Positions 62,847-64,000 of a stretch of DNA of 64,000 bases are shown here, in pieces. The notes beneath the pieces were generated by a model that did not search any database, was not told where the DNA came from, and was given only the letters and a program-made list of their open reading frames with translations. The DNA lies in the NCBI GenBank assembly GCA_963768425.1, contig CAVYHV010000014.1, positions 128,001-192,000 on the forward strand. The letters are read 5' to 3'. The DNA is from Candidatus Bathyarchaeota archaeon. Its GTDB lineage: Archaea > Thermoproteota > Bathyarchaeia > Bathyarchaeales > Bathycorpusculaceae. A program made the translations under genes and the position numbers. Numbering within the stretch: the stretch's first letter is position 1; each line of letters begins with the position of its first letter.

Positions 62847-63173
62847 TTAAGATTTCAATTGCTTTCTTATGATGATGAAAAGCGCCAAAAGGAGCAGTGC
62901 GCCAATGACGCCTGAGGTGATACCTGTGATGTACCAAGCTTCCCACGGAGGCATGAAAGTCATAAGGTACTTCAGTGACCCGATGAGGATAAATAGGGAA
63001 GCAGACCCTATGAATGAAATTACCAGGGAAACCAAGATGCTAATAATTACACTTGTTATGAGAATTTTTTTGAGGCGTTTCTTAAGTTCACCCTGTTGTT
63101 CATGTACATATTCTCTTATAACGGCTTTTATCTCATTGAAGAAAGACTCGATAATTTCCTTTATTGTGGGCAA
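62847..63173 (-). CDS. YqjE/phage-holin-family-like 2-TM protein
   Basis: Amphipathic N-helix, TM, LMTFMPPWEAWYITG, TM. Confidence 0.7.
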   Translation of the reverse strand: MPTIKEIIESFFNEIKAVIREYVHEQQGELKKRLKKILITSVIISILVSLVISFIGSASLFILIGSLKYLMTFMPPWEAWYITGITSGVIGALLLLALFIIIRKQLKS

Positions 63174-63231
63174 TTAATTCTTCCTTCTTCGTCCAAAGAG
63201 AGCAGATTGTCAGCCAATTCTATCAAAATCT

Positions 63232-63459
63232 TCATTGATTGTGGACGTTTATTGTTCCTTGTGGCTTTGCTGACTTGAATAAATAATATCCGTACAGGAA
63301 CAGGAAGAGTGCTATTACTAAACTGCCTAGTCCTAATGGGAGAACAAGGCTTGTTGCAATGAATTTAAAAACTCTTAAGAGTACTGCAAGTCCAAAAAAT
63401 ACTATCAGAACTGCTAATATACAGATTCCTACACCGCCAATCCAACTTCCAAATCCCAT
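63232..63459 (-). CDS. Small 2-TM protein
   Basis: 75 aa, two hydrophobic helices, GGTGG RBS. Confidence 0.75.
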   Translation of the reverse strand: MGFGSWIGGVGICILAVLIVFFGLAVLLRVFKFIATSLVLPLGLGSLVIALFLFLYGYYLFKSAKPQGTINVHNQ

Positions 63460-63513
63460 ATTTTTCCACCTTTACCCCATTTATTTCTTCTCTTGATTGT
63501 CCAATGTTATTTT

Positions 63514-63666
63514 TTACGTCCTGAAAGCTAGTCGTGCAACTATTATGCTTATGGCTGTGACAGGCAGAACCCATATTATGGTGCCTAGGTTAAAAAAAAC
63601 AAAACCAAGGAGCCAAAAGTTAACAAGTATCCCAGCGACTAAGAAAAGTGAATTAAGTAATCCCAT
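63514..63666 (-). CDS. Second lmo0937/DUF5670-like microprotein (50 aa)
   Basis: MGLLNSLFLVAGILVNFWLLGFVFFNLGTIIWVLPVTAISIIVARLAFRT; paralog of 53591-53749. Confidence 0.75.
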   Translation of the reverse strand: MGLLNSLFLVAGILVNFWLLGFVFFNLGTIIWVLPVTAISIIVARLAFRT

Positions 63667-63713
63667 TCCAACGTCTCACTTACCATTAACTTGGTAGAGC
63701 CTATTTTAAGATG

Positions 63714-63737
63714 TGTGACTGTGAACAAACAGCTACA
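63714..63737 (-). promoter_or_regulatory. 24-bp element, copy 9
   Basis: TGTGAC TGTGAA CAAACA GCTACA next to TATTTTAAG. Confidence 0.8.
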
Positions 63738-63779
63738 GTTTCATCACTTTCTCTTTATACTAAGATTAATCTATTAGGC

Positions 63780-63905
63780 CTATCTTGACTTTTGTCTTTC
63801 AGCCCTATCAAGTTTCTTCTTCTTGCGGGCATCTTCTCGCTCTTTCTTTTTTCGAGGCTGAGGTTTTCCCCGATCTTGTTCGCCTGTTTCTCCTTTCTTA
63901 CTCAT
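63780..63905 (-). CDS. 41-aa highly charged microprotein
   Basis: AAGGAG RBS; MSKKGETGEQDRGKPQPRKKKEREDARKKKKLDRAERQKSR. Confidence 0.65.
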   Translation of the reverse strand: MSKKGETGEQDRGKPQPRKKKEREDARKKKKLDRAERQKSR

Positions 63906-64000
63906 CTAACAATCTCCTTATGATGAAGAAACGGCTGTAAGCTTTGCAATCCCGTTTCTTTTCTTTTGTAATTTAAGTGAATACAGTTTTTTATGAGTTG

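Noticed and set aside
1-64000. CRISPR array, tRNA, rRNA or integrase
   Set aside because: No regularly spaced repeats, cloverleaf, rRNA-like tract or recombinase motifs seen; the 24-bp copies are degenerate, irregularly spaced and promoter-linked

Overview
Archaeal chromosome segment, probably Bathyarchaeia (inferred from gene content, not from a marker-gene tree). About 1-42 kb is mostly core and metabolic genes: MFS transporters, AlaX, eIF6-rpl18a-pfdA-ftsY, hcp, a DNA glycosylase, an ABC-2 exporter, a two-domain Rpo5, modE-tupABC, a PAS/receiver phosphorelay, an Hhe-like DUF4011 helicase, secE-spt5-rpl11-rpl1-rpl10, dtdA and argF. About 42-64 kb is an AT-richer accessory region full of small ORFs. 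The strongest unexplained signal is a 24-bp palindromic element of four 6-bp units (TGTnnY-TGTnnn-nnnACA-nnnACA). I found it nine times between 52.8 and 63.8 kb, always ending 4-5 bp upstream of a TTAA TATA-like core. It precedes genes resembling bacterial general-stress proteins (CsbD, two lmo0937-like, LEA-like, YqjE/holin-like), many too short for the ORF track, and a TrmB-family gene sits inside the cluster. This suggests an undescribed archaeal general-stress regulon. Other highlights are a eukaryote-like full-length Rpb5, three structured intergenic RNA candidates, Cren7-like Zn ribbons, and no ftsZ between dtdA and secE. Many single-base frameshifts look like long-read consensus errors. 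All family calls come from motif recognition by eye; no searches were run.
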